Below the pieces are notes generated by a model that saw only the letters and a list, made by a program, of their open reading frames with translations, did not search any database and was not told the origin of the DNA. Of a DNA stretch of 64,000 nt, positions 27,954 through 38,241 are shown one piece after another. A program made the translations under genes and the position numbers. The DNA is from Acinetobacter phage vB_AbaM_ME3: the sequence record KU935715.1; one strand, written 5' to 3'. Numbering within the stretch: position 1 is the stretch's first letter; every line of letters begins with the position of its first letter.

Positions 27954-28712
27954 GTTCTCTTTGATAATTATCCAAAGTTTTTGTCAAACTATTGAATATA
28001 ACTCGAAGAGAAAATTCATGATCTGTATTTTCTACAATATGTTTAATCTGATCTAAAAGGTTAATGCAACCTTTCTTACGTTTTTCTACTTTACAAGGTT
28101 GTTGCTGTGATAAGTAATCAATCAATCGTTCTAAACTTCGTTTAACACAAGATACATTGTTTGTATAGATGTAATCACCTTCAATCATTGTATCGTTATA
28201 AGAAGTTGGTAATCGAATTTCTCCTATACAACCATTTTTAATATGTTCTTCAGTAATATATTTAAAATAATTAGATGGAAGAGGAATACGGAAAAGATGC
28301 TGTTTAACTTCAGAAGAACAGATCATATCTTGAGAATGTTCATTGAAATAACGTCTATAAGTTGAAAAATCATCAGCTTTATATGTTGGAAAATTTGCAT
28401 CAACTAAAGCGTCATCTTTAGGTAAGTCTACATAACAACTTGCATATGAATAAGCTGCTGCTTTACTAACAGCATTCTTACTACATTTAATTGATTTAAT
28501 CTCTTCTTTAGAGAAAACAAATCTACTAGAAGTTTTAATTACCTTTCCATTTACTAATGTAATTTCAATTTCTTTTCGATTACGATTATGAACAATAGAA
28601 AAAGTAGTATTTAAATATGGAATAACTACTACATAATCTTTATTACTCTTCTCGTCTGGAATAAGAGTGCTATTCATATTTACAAAATTAATAGCAAATA
28701 TTTTTTCAATCA
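27943..28712 (-). CDS. hypothetical protein (~256 aa; start refined)
   Basis: The track ORF extends to 28842, but its first 43 codons are the alternative frame of the S/G-rich upstream gene. ATG at 28712 (MIEKIF...) overlaps that gene's stop (TATGATTGA). Confidence 0.5.
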
Positions 28713-29083
28713 TAACTACCACCTGATGATCCACTGTCACATGAACTTGATCCTGAATCTCCACCAGAACAAGATGAGTACCCACCACTATAATCATAAT
28801 GACTAGAAGTTGATGGACTACTATGTGAAGGAGAAGTTTCACTTTTAGTAGTCTTTTTATTATTTCTGGTCTTTAGTAATTTATCAACAATTGTGGGAGG
28901 GGAGGAAGTTTTTGAAAGAGATCGAGACAATTTATTATATTTAGAAATAAGATTTTCATAGCTCTCTTTCAAAAGTAAATTTGCAGAATTAGCTTGAGCA
29001 AGTTTTCCATTTAAAGATAAAGCTTTAAAAATTAAAATAATATTAGAGACTAATAAAACTATTAAACAAAAAGTACTAAACAT
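28706..29083 (-). CDS. membrane-anchored protein with coiled segment and Ser/Gly-rich low-complexity tail
   Basis: TM segment FCLIVLLVSNIILIF, then ...SGGDSGSSSCDSGSSGGSYD. Translationally coupled to the next gene. Confidence 0.5.
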   Translation of the reverse strand: MFSTFCLIVLLVSNIILIFKALSLNGKLAQANSANLLLKESYENLISKYNKLSRSLSKTSSPPTIVDKLLKTRNNKKTTKSETSPSHSSPSTSSHYDYSGGYSSCSGGDSGSSSCDSGSSGGSYD

Positions 29084-29116
29084 AACAGGATTTTTCCATA
29101 ATTGCTACTAACATAA

Positions 29117-29656
29117 TCATTCGAAATTAATTCCTAAACCTACTGCACGTAACATTTCAAATGTGAGTTGAGGATGGGTATGATGAATTGCATGACCACC
29201 AGCTTCAAGCCATTGTTTAATAGTTCGATCATAATCATCAATTAGTAAAGAGCCAGATTCAGCAAATACTTGTTTCTCCGCACTACCTTTAGCAAAGTTA
29301 ACTTTCAACTTACAATCGTAAGCTTTTAACCAACTAAGTTTTTGTCTTTCTAATTCTTCACGATGACTATTATACTTCATAGTTGAAGTTAAGATTTCAA
29401 CTTCTATACCTTGTTTTAACCAATGAGGTACATAAACTAAAAACATTTGTAATCCAAAATTAGTAATTGGAGCAGTTTCAAATAATTTTTGTTCAATACA
29501 TTTATTAATTAAAGGAAAAACAACTTTATTTTTATAACCTAAAACTTTAGCTTTTAAGATTTCAGTTGTTGTTCCTTTACCTAATTGTTCAAACATGCCT
29601 AGATCATTTACTAGAACACCATCCATATCTAAATAAATTTTTTTAATACTTGACAT
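29117..29656 (-). CDS. HAD-family 5'(3')-deoxyribonucleotidase-like phosphatase
   Basis: HAD motif I IYLDMDGVL in the first 15 residues. The real ATG is at 29656 (MSSIKK) with an AGGA Shine-Dalgarno. The track start at 29692 is a TTG inside the terminator hairpin. Confidence 0.65.
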   Translation of the reverse strand: MSSIKKIYLDMDGVLVNDLGMFEQLGKGTTTEILKAKVLGYKNKVVFPLINKCIEQKLFETAPITNFGLQMFLVYVPHWLKQGIEVEILTSTMKYNSHREELERQKLSWLKAYDCKLKVNFAKGSAEKQVFAESGSLLIDDYDRTIKQWLEAGGHAIHHTHPQLTFEMLRAVGLGINFE

Positions 29657-29674
29657 AAATATTCCTAATACAAA

Positions 29675-29708
29675 AAGAAAAGGAGAAGTCAATTTTGACT
29701 TCTCCTTT
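29675..29708 (-). terminator. intrinsic terminator downstream of tail fibre gene
   Basis: Perfect palindrome AAAAGGAGAAGTCA-ATTT-TGACTTCTCCTTTT. The minus-strand RNA hairpin is followed by UUUUCUUUUU. Confidence 0.7.
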
Positions 29709-29717
29709 TGTAAAACG

Positions 29718-32700
29718 TTAAGCTATTTTAGCAATAGCTGTAGGGTTAATATAAATCCAATCTGTATAAGATCCATCCCAAGCTGAATTGATTACTAAAT
29801 CATGATCAGTAGGAGATAAGTAACTTACTAGTCTAACATTAGATTCTAAACCACTTCCATAATTTAATTCTACACTACCTAATTTAGCAGGAGTATAATC
29901 AGAAGTACCTTTATAAATAGGTGAAAGGATTCTAAAAACTGATTGCCCAGCTGTTAATGAGACAGGGAGTTTTAATTTTCCTCTAACCCATAAGTACCCA
30001 TCAAGATTAGCAAACTCTAGTAAGCAATTTTCATAAGTGACTCCTGATTGAGGATCACCGATGTTTACCATACTAATCCACTTTTGAATAGGTTTATTAA
30101 GAAGAGAATATTTGTAATTCAGATTATTTTGATCCGAAGTTAAAACTTCAACTACATCTCCAGTATTATAAATAGAACCATCTATTTCTAATCCGTCTAC
30201 AGTAACATTAATCATGTCACCTGACTTAGCTAACCAAGGTTTAAATGAAGTATCTGTATGCCTAATTTTAGAATAACTATTAAAATTAGATGTATCAAAA
30301 CTTACATTTAAAGTATCTTGTAAACTTAGTTTAGTTTCTGACTGCATATTAGGAGTAAAAGTAAAGAAAATAGATCCATCCCAAGATCCAGTCTTAGTGA
30401 CGTTTAATCCATCTGGATATCTATTACTTGTTACAGTAAAAGTATATTCACTTTCAGATATTTTTCTAACAAGGAAACCTAATTGAAGATCAAATGAATA
30501 AGTGACTCCTGGAATTTCAGAAATTCTAAATTGATTTCTACCATCTACTGAAACAGTTGTACCTCCAATAACAATAGCAAAGCTACCCTGAATAGCATTA
30601 ACTGTAAAAGTTGTATAATCTTCTGAAATAGTTAACTTCCTACCATATCGATATGTAGCAGGAGGAGCATATCCATAAATAATTGGTACAGTAATATTTC
30701 CAATATCTGATGTTGGTACTAATTTCCATGCATTAGTATTATCATCACTATGGAGTGATGGTAAATAATTGTTATAAGGTTTAAATCCAACATATGCTTT
30801 AGAATCTAAAGAATTTGATAAAGCTTCTACCTTATTAGTAACAAAAGAAGAAACAGCATTAGAATTAACTGGGTTATATCTAGAAGTATCTAAATCGTTT
30901 AATGTATAATTGGCTACATTATAGTCTTTATCTCTGTATACAACAAAATCAGATGTATCTTCATCAACAAAAACTATTAAATCATTATCTTCTAAAATTA
31001 TCGGATTATTTAATTCAAATTTAGACCAATTAGGAAAACTTCCAATAATCTTATAGTAAGTTTTAAAATTGGCTCCTACTGGTTTCTTAATTCTCATAGC
31101 TGGTTTAACAGCATATTTAAATGAAGTTGCAGAAATATAAGAATTATTTACTGAGAGATCTTGTAAATTAACATAAAGATTAGCTGGTTTTAAATATCCT
31201 AGATAATCTGATAAATCTAAAAATCCTAAAACTTCATTATTAAAATCATAATCAGGAAGGAAGTAAACTTTTCCAACATCTTTATCAAAATAAAGAGTAA
31301 CTGTTGGATCAGTGTTTGTTCCTTGATACCAGTTAAACTGAGCAACATCTATTATGTTGTAAAGATTATTAAAAGCAAATTGGATTTTAATCTTTTTACC
31401 ACCAAAGTCACCTTCTTCATGTGTAAAAATTAACACTGGACTAGGAAGAGAACTTGGATTATTGATATATATAGTATCTAACGAAGCATCATTTGATAAA
31501 CTTAACACTAAAGGCTTTGTTTCAAGTAATCCTATATTAAGTACTGATTTATTACTAATTGGTTGAGAAGCACATAACCCTTGCATTGGAAGTATATTTG
31601 GATTATCCAGAACAGTAGTCGTATCCGTTCCTGAATCATAAGTAGCAGTTGTATAACTTGATACTTGAAATGCATTACCAGTTGTAAAAGACTCTTGTAA
31701 ATCACTACTATTAATAGGAATTACTTGTGAAACAACATCAGGAATTTCTGGGTTAGTTGTTGACTGTTCTGGAACTCTATCGATATAAATAAATTTAGTA
31801 CCATTATCATAAAATGATATTACACTATTAGCTTTAACTGTTTGAGATAGAATAGTTAAATCAACAGGAACAGTATAGAATACACCATCAACAGAATTAA
31901 TAGTTATTGTACTAGTATTTCTTTTACTCAAATCGAAAGGAATTGTTTGCGCATATAAATTTGCTCCATTCATTACAGCACCAACAGATACAAAATATGT
32001 ATTGTCTGTAAACTGATATTCGAATGTATATGCGTCTGTTGCAACAATTGTATCTTCTAAATAAATAGATAACTTATTATTTTTAATTTCTAAATAAATA
32101 AATTCATTTGCATAGTTAGGTCGAGAAAAACTATAAACTGGGGCACCAGTAGATAGTTTAACAACACTGACATCAACTGTACCAGTACCTTTACTTACTG
32201 TAATAATCTCATCATAATTAGATGTTGTACCAATTAAAGGAACAATATCAATAGGACTTGTAACTTGAGTCTCACTAAAAACTACTGAAACAGCCTTTGA
32301 AGAAGCTACAAATCCAAATTTAGATGTAAAAGGAATATTAACATTTGGAATATATGTTGCTTCTGGAACACCACCAGTGAGTGTTTTAGAAGTTATTACA
32401 CCTTTATTAAGAGTCCCTTCAAGTAACTGATCATTAGTTCCTAGTATTAAATTTGTTGATTTACCATCTACTGTATATGGTAAAGGTTCTACACCTACTG
32501 AACCACTTCCACCACCAGTTGGAATTTTACTAATTTCCGTAGTTACATAATCGCTAACTGCTTTAACTGTAGGATACTTAGTAGTATCAGCAATGCTTGT
32601 AGAATCAATTATAGTAGCTTTAGAAGCAATCTTTTCTAAAGATGATGTATCTATAGTAACAGAATTTAAATCTTCTTTAGTAGCGTAATCAGAAAGAACT

Positions 32701-33270
32701 GAAGCATCTGCTTTAGTACTAACAATATTCGTCAAGTTTGTAACTTGAGATTGAGTTGTAGTAATAGCTGAAGAATTAGCTGCAATGCTACTATTTGTTT
32801 CTGTTTTAAACTGGTCTAATTCAGAATTTAAAGTATCTAAACTGCTAGTTGTAGAAGTTTTGTGATTAGCTAAATCTGCTTGTACAGTAGACATAGTTAA
32901 ATCATTAGAACTTTTATAACTATCTATTTTTCCATTAACAGCAGTTATACTATCTTGTAAAGCACTTAAATTTGTCGTAGTATCATTTTTAAAATTATTA
33001 AAACTAGAATTAGTAGTTATAATTCTACCTTCAATCGCAGTTACTGAAATAGTAAGATTTTCTATAAGTGCTGTAGAAGATGTTGCTTTTGTATCAACTG
33101 CGGCTACAGAATCTGCAATTACAGAAAGTTCAGTTTCTGTATTAGTTTTAAGTTCATCTAATTCTAATGATACGTCTGTTAATCTATCTCTTGTTGTTGT
33201 AGCAATTGTATTAGTAGAAGTGAGACTACCTTCAGCAATTGTTAATCTATCATCTAAAGCCTCAATCAAC
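29718..33270 (-). CDS. long tail fibre protein (main body, 1183 codons)
   Basis: The N-terminal quarter is T/S/N-rich with coiled, repetitive segments, followed by a long beta-rich T/S/N/G-rich region typical of fibre shafts. The size is like T4 gp34-class fibres. The track start is TTG with no Shine-Dalgarno sequence. Confidence 0.7.
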
Positions 33271-33385
33271 GCTTTATTAGTGTCTCCAGTAATAATACCT
33301 TCAATATCTTCTTTATTCTTTTTAGATTGATAAGCTAATTTAGCAATAGAAGAAATAATAGTATCTTGATCTGTTACAGGAATAC

Positions 33386-33525
33386 TAGTTCCAGGTATAA
33401 CTAATCCGTTTTAATTGAGTATTACGAATTTCTTCTCTTGTATATCCAGATGTACTACCAGTAATAGTTACTTCTTGATCAACAGATTCTACTGCTTGAT
33501 TAATAATTGAAATTGTATTACTCAT
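33386..33525 (-). CDS. probable true N-terminus of the tail fibre gene (46 codons, +1 out of frame with the main body)
   Basis: ATG at 33525 overlaps the upstream stop (TAATG). Translation: MSNTISIINQAVESVDQEVTITGSTSGYTREEIRNTQLKRISYTWN. The main-body frame is open back to 33411 without an ATG. Removing one A from the AAAA run (CAATTAAAACGG, ~33405) fuses the two. Confidence 0.5.
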
Positions 33526-33761
33526 TAACGTGTTACCTCTAAGTCTAATGCTAGTGAACCTTGTACTACTCTATATCGATCTCCATTAGGAAATTCTACT
33601 TCTAAGTCATAAACAGCTTGGCAAAAATGAAATGCAGCTGTTTCACTAGCAGTCATTTTTAATTCAATTCGATTATCATCTAAATTAAAATTAATTTTTC
33701 CATTTTCTGTAGATAACTCTAATAGAATATCTGGATCCCCGATAGATTCACGAATTTGCAT
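33525..33761 (-). CDS. hypothetical protein (78 aa), possibly N-terminally extended by the short ORF 33799..33882
   Basis: ORF track. Weak Shine-Dalgarno at its own ATG. An upstream 27-codon ORF (MIGIKPLIKNFVIYQGSTFKAAFNWRS) with a strong AAGGAG Shine-Dalgarno is +1 out of frame with it. Confidence 0.5.
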   Translation of the reverse strand: MQIRESIGDPDILLELSTENGKINFNLDDNRIELKMTASETAAFHFCQAVYDLEVEFPNGDRYRVVQGSLALDLEVTR

Positions 33762-33917
33762 AGAAGCTTTACAATCTTGAGTTAAAGGATAATCCTCTTC
33801 AACTCCGCCAATTAAAAGCAGCTTTAAATGTTGAACCTTGGTAAATTACAAAGTTTTTTATTAATGGTTTAATACCTATCATCAATTTCTCCTTGATTAA
33901 GATATTTTTGGTTGTAT

Positions 33918-33948
33918 GTGAAGGAGATCCAACCAAAGTCTCCTTCAC
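33918..33948 (-). other. hairpin immediately downstream of stop of gene 33949..34308
   Basis: 10-bp inverted repeat GTGAAGGAGA / TCTCCTTCAC with an 11-nt loop. No clear U-tract follows on the minus-strand RNA. Confidence 0.4.
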
Positions 33949-34308
33949 TTATAATTTCATATAACGGTCTCTAGTACCCTTAAATGTTTCTAATTCTTTT
34001 TGTAAATCTTCTTCAACAAGTTTAGCATGTTCAGTTACTTTTTGTAAATAATGATCAATTGCTTCTTGCTCTGTTGCAAAAGCATATATTTCTGCATAAG
34101 GTGAATAACTGTATAAGTTATTATACCAATTTACTTCCCCATTCTTAGAAACAGGTGAAATAAATTTATCCTTATGGTGTGCAGAAACTGCTATAGGTTT
34201 CCTAACTGTTGTAGCTCTCTTATTTCCTGGTAACCAATTAAAACCAGAGATATAGAAGACATCAGGTAAAAAATTTCTAATAGATGCAATATCACTAATT
34301 TTAATCAT
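33949..34308 (-). CDS. hypothetical protein (119 aa)
   Basis: ORF track. Confidence 0.5.
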   Translation of the reverse strand: MIKISDIASIRNFLPDVFYISGFNWLPGNKRATTVRKPIAVSAHHKDKFISPVSKNGEVNWYNNLYSYSPYAEIYAFATEQEAIDHYLQKVTEHAKLVEEDLQKELETFKGTRDRYMKL

Positions 34309-34583
34309 TTAGTTACTAATTCAGCTAAAGACTTAGTAGTATGAGTTATAGAAAACTCTTGTACAATTCCTGTACTTCCAATAAAAGTAAACTTGAGTCT
34401 ACCTTTTTTGTTACAAACTTCTAAAGTAGTGGCCTGAACACCTTTAGTAACACTACTTAAGAGGGAAGAATATTTTAATTTATATTCTTTGTCATCAATA
34501 ATAATACTATTTGTATTAGGTTTAGGCGTAATCTCTAAACCATCTATAATTAATTCTTTTAATTTTGTAATTGTGATAAACAT
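34305..34583 (-). CDS. hypothetical protein (92 aa)
   Basis: ORF track. Confidence 0.5.
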   Translation of the reverse strand: MFITITKLKELIIDGLEITPKPNTNSIIIDDKEYKLKYSSLLSSVTKGVQATTLEVCNKKGRLKFTFIGSTGIVQEFSITHTTKSLAELVTK

Positions 34584-34954
34584 TAAGATCTCATAAATTT
34601 AATAAAATTTTCAATATAACAATTAATATTTTCTTTTCCAATAGGATTCATACTATGAACATACCATGTTAAATCATTAGGTTCTAAACTCATATCAACA
34701 ATAGTATCACATAAATATTTAGCAGCATGATACCCTGTATATTCATTATGAGTATTATCAAAACAAGCTAAATCATGATCAAAAGAAAATACATAATCTT
34801 TCAAGTCTACAGAAAGATGGCATAACGAATCACACCAATCTTTAAATTCATCATATGTTCGTAGAATAGTAATAGAAGAAAATAACTGATTATAATTCAA
34901 CCATGTTACATCTTCAACAACTCGTTCATCATCTAAAAAAATTAATTTTTTCAC
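34583..34954 (-). CDS. hypothetical protein (123 aa)
   Basis: ORF track. Confidence 0.5.
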   Translation of the reverse strand: MKKLIFLDDERVVEDVTWLNYNQLFSSITILRTYDEFKDWCDSLCHLSVDLKDYVFSFDHDLACFDNTHNEYTGYHAAKYLCDTIVDMSLEPNDLTWYVHSMNPIGKENINCYIENFIKFMRS

Positions 34955-35418
34955 TTAGAATTTCTTTTTAAATAGTCTTCAAAAGTTTCATTATTAGAAT
35001 GATTACAACCCCAATAAAAGAAATCTCTACATAATCCACAAAAGATAAAAATATTAAAAACTAAATATGAAGCTGCAATTACTGCTGCGATATTAACAGC
35101 AAATGTAATTAAACCTCTAATTTCAGCATCTGTTTCATTTGGACGATAGAGAGTAACTTCTTCTCCAACTTCATATTTATAATATGTTTCTTTTGTTACT
35201 GAGATAGGAGCTTGTCTAGGAAATTTAACAGTATATTTAACTCCATAAAGATCCTTAGTCATTTCTTCAATAACACCAGAACCAACTAACTCTTGTTTGA
35301 TAGGATGTTCTTTTCCTAAGTATGTATAACAATATGAACAAATACCAATAGAAATAAGAATTAAACAAGATCTTACAAAATAAAGAAAAATCGATTGAGA
35401 TTTAAACTTTCTTATCAT
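34951..35418 (-). CDS. membrane protein (N- and C-terminal TM segments)
   Basis: Hydrophobic segments IFLYFVRSCLILISIGICSY and ITFAVNIAAVIAASYLVFNIFIFCGLC. Confidence 0.5.
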   Translation of the reverse strand: MIRKFKSQSIFLYFVRSCLILISIGICSYCYTYLGKEHPIKQELVGSGVIEEMTKDLYGVKYTVKFPRQAPISVTKETYYKYEVGEEVTLYRPNETDAEIRGLITFAVNIAAVIAASYLVFNIFIFCGLCRDFFYWGCNHSNNETFEDYLKRNSK

Positions 35419-35620
35419 ACTGGAATATTCCTAATGAAGATTTCTTAATAATTTCAGTATATCCATAAGGGATAGTTGCTGCTAATTGGCCACCATTATA
35501 AATCTTAAATGGTTCAATACATACTATTCTACAATAGTCTTGTTTAATGTTATGAAGCACCTCTACTTTATACCCGATAGGGTGCTTCATAACTTTAACT
35601 TTAAGAAGCTGCCTTGGCAT
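35402..35620 (-). CDS. hypothetical protein (72 aa)
   Basis: ORF track. Confidence 0.45.
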   Translation of the reverse strand: MPRQLLKVKVMKHPIGYKVEVLHNIKQDYCRIVCIEPFKIYNGGQLAATIPYGYTEIIKKSSLGIFQYDKKV

Positions 35621-36017
35621 CTAAGATAGCAAGTTGAGCTTGAAGATCTTCTAAAGATCCTGAAGTTAATGCTTCTTTTTGTTTAGCTTCAATAGCTTCA
35701 CGAATAGCAGCACGTTGCTCATCAAGACGTTGACGATCTAATTTAGTTTTGTTTTCAGCCATACGTGTATCAATGATATGTTTTACAATATCAAAACGTA
35801 ATTGATTTAATTTATCTGCTTCAGATTGAACTGAATTATCAACAAAACTAATTTGAGTAGATGCACGTAATTCGCTGTGAAGGTCTACTGCAATACTGTT
35901 TAAACTAGATCCAGTCTTAGCTGTAAGAGCTAAATCCCACAGTTGTTCAACTGTTAATTCTCCACGAGTAGAAGGGAAACGTAGTTTAAGACGGCTTGCT
36001 TTTTCAAATAAAGACAT
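35601..36017 (-). CDS. hypothetical coiled-coil protein (138 aa)
   Basis: ORF track; the C-terminal half is heptad-rich. Confidence 0.5.
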   Translation of the reverse strand: MSLFEKASRLKLRFPSTRGELTVEQLWDLALTAKTGSSLNSIAVDLHSELRASTQISFVDNSVQSEADKLNQLRFDIVKHIIDTRMAENKTKLDRQRLDEQRAAIREAIEAKQKEALTSGSLEDLQAQLAILDAKAAS

Positions 36018-36027
36018 AGCTTATCCT

Positions 36028-38055
36028 TTAAATAGATACTTGATATACACGTTGGGTTTTACCTGATACACGTACTACAAATTCATTGTTAGTACTGTCA
36101 TTAAATCCAACACCACTTAATTGTTCTTCTGAAGGAGCAACACGTAGTTTACTTCCTAAGACTTCGAAGACTTTACGATGTTTCGTTAATTCTGGACGTA
36201 AGAATTCGTTAAAGAAACTACGAGGTGTTTCTGGATTCTTACAACCTTCTAACATAAACATATAATGCTTATTACCTTCAGCTTGATCGCCCCAATGATT
36301 TGGAGAATTCATGACTAAGCTTACAGGAACAAACGTATTTGTATTAATACCCCAAATCTCTTGACCTGGACCATCAGAGCTTTCTAATAATTGACAAACT
36401 TTTTTAACAGTAAAACCAGTACCATCAAATTCAATATCAAGCATTGTTTCATTTTGATTGAAAGCTTTTTCATATGTGAAGTTTTGTACTACACCATCAG
36501 CTTCAACTTGTAAAACAAAACCAACATTAGTATTAGAACGTTTAGAGTAATTATTTACAATTACACGATAAACCCCTTTAGTCATACGACGACGATCAGG
36601 GTAGATAATATTTTCAACTGGCTCTGTATCTGAATGTTTATCCAAACCATTCATATCTAAATCTAATGTACCACCATTACTAGAATGCTTATTTCGATAC
36701 CAGATACGTTGACCTGTTGGCTCCTGAATAGATAGATCTAAATCATCAGCATTAAACCAACTCAATGATACTCGAAGATCACCTTCAACTGAGCCACCAA
36801 ATTTCTTAACAGTTTCACGAATTGAATCTGTAATGTCTCCATTGTAAGCCCATGAAAAACCATTATCCCAACGTAATAATGAAGTACGTGGTTGAACAGG
36901 GGCAATTAAAGAAACAAAGTTTGGTTTCAATTTGTTAGTGACTAACAATTCAACTTTATTAGATGTAGGTAATACATTTGCTAAAAAGTCTTTAATTCCA
37001 ATAGCAATAGCTTTGGTTAAGATTTTAGGATCAAATTTTGAAGAAGCTTCTTGTGTAAGATCATCAAATACATTTAAAGCTTTTTTAGCATTTGCAGAGA
37101 ATAATACTTCAGATACATTAATATCTGTTTCTTTAGCAAATCGACGTTGGAGATCATCTTCGAGTCCTAAACTTTTAACTACTTCTTGTGCTTCTGAAAT
37201 CATACGAGGTGTGATTACAGCTGAAGTACGTTTGTAGTTAGTAGGAGCAACTTTAGATTCAAATTTAGAAACAGCAGTATCTAAATCAATACCTGAACTA
37301 ATATCTTCTACTAATGTTCCAATAACTGTATTACGGAAACGAGCATTAAAATGTTCTGTAGCAACTGTATGCCAAATAAATGCTTCTTTATTAGCTTCAG
37401 GAACAGCTTCATATTTCTTTTTAAGATCTACAAAAGCTTTAACTTGAGAACGGAATTCATTTCCACGATAAATAGAATTACCATCAATTAGCTCAAGAAC
37501 TGTCTCAGCAGCATCTAAAGAAAATTCCTTTAATCCACGTTGAATTACTTGATAAGAATTATTGTATTCACCAACAACAGAAGAAAAATCATTTACCGAA
37601 ACAACTAAAGACTTAGGAACTTCAGCGTAAAAATGATTCCAGCTTACATTACGAACTAAGTCTTTAGTTGTAGCTGAACCAATAATAGCTGTTTCAGAGC
37701 GATATACAGCTGCAATAGGAGTATCAAGAACAAATTTATTTAAAGCATTTGCTACAGCTTGATAGTATCCCTCTACTTCTACATTCCAGATAGATGTTTT
37801 CTTAAATGTACGAGGATCAATTGCAACAACACCACCCATACGACGAATAAAAGACTTACAATTATTACAATCGTATTCACGTCGTTCTTTTAACATTGGG
37901 TTAGTGCCTTCAGGGAATGCAGATAAATAAGTTTCCCAAAGAACATCTGGATTAATATCAACACGAACAAGCACTAATCCAGCAGCAGTTAAAGTACGAA
38001 TTTGTTGATAGATAGCTTTTTGAAAATTAATAAAGTTACTCATCTTCTTCTCCAA
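36028..38055 (-). CDS. large protein of the Ter-associated operon; C-terminal region with TerD-like signature
   Basis: 675 aa. The C-terminal segment LRVSLSWFNADDLDLSIQEP...GGTLDLDMNG echoes the GWD...DLDLS core of the TerD domain at 41521..42132. First gene of an overlapping-ORF operon. Confidence 0.5.
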   Translation of the reverse strand: MEKKMSNFINFQKAIYQQIRTLTAAGLVLVRVDINPDVLWETYLSAFPEGTNPMLKERREYDCNNCKSFIRRMGGVVAIDPRTFKKTSIWNVEVEGYYQAVANALNKFVLDTPIAAVYRSETAIIGSATTKDLVRNVSWNHFYAEVPKSLVVSVNDFSSVVGEYNNSYQVIQRGLKEFSLDAAETVLELIDGNSIYRGNEFRSQVKAFVDLKKKYEAVPEANKEAFIWHTVATEHFNARFRNTVIGTLVEDISSGIDLDTAVSKFESKVAPTNYKRTSAVITPRMISEAQEVVKSLGLEDDLQRRFAKETDINVSEVLFSANAKKALNVFDDLTQEASSKFDPKILTKAIAIGIKDFLANVLPTSNKVELLVTNKLKPNFVSLIAPVQPRTSLLRWDNGFSWAYNGDITDSIRETVKKFGGSVEGDLRVSLSWFNADDLDLSIQEPTGQRIWYRNKHSSNGGTLDLDMNGLDKHSDTEPVENIIYPDRRRMTKGVYRVIVNNYSKRSNTNVGFVLQVEADGVVQNFTYEKAFNQNETMLDIEFDGTGFTVKKVCQLLESSDGPGQEIWGINTNTFVPVSLVMNSPNHWGDQAEGNKHYMFMLEGCKNPETPRSFFNEFLRPELTKHRKVFEVLGSKLRVAPSEEQLSGVGFNDSTNNEFVVRVSGKTQRVYQVSI

Positions 38056-38239
38056 AGATTTCTTTTTGTGATTCTTCAGTTAAACCTGTTTTAATGAATT
38101 CACGTTCAGTAGGTGTTAAATGAGGGAAAGCATTTTGAATTAATGTACCACTAGCATAAGAATCTAGTTGAGCTTGAGTTACATTTAAATCAAGAGTATT
38201 CAATTTCCCTGTATAAGGATCAACTCGTTGAATTTGCAT
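38036..38239 (-). CDS. hypothetical protein (67 aa)
   Basis: ORF track; 20-nt overlap with the upstream gene; acidic C-terminus. Confidence 0.45.
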   Translation of the reverse strand: MQIQRVDPYTGKLNTLDLNVTQAQLDSYASGTLIQNAFPHLTPTEREFIKTGLTEESQKEIFGEEDE

Positions 38240-38241
38240 AA

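Noticed and set aside
33762-33882. A programmed -1 frameshift site at TTTAAAG joining the 27-codon ORF to gene 33525..33761.
   Set aside because: The required shift is +1, not -1, and the heptamer is not a canonical slippery site. A single-base homopolymer indel is the simpler explanation.
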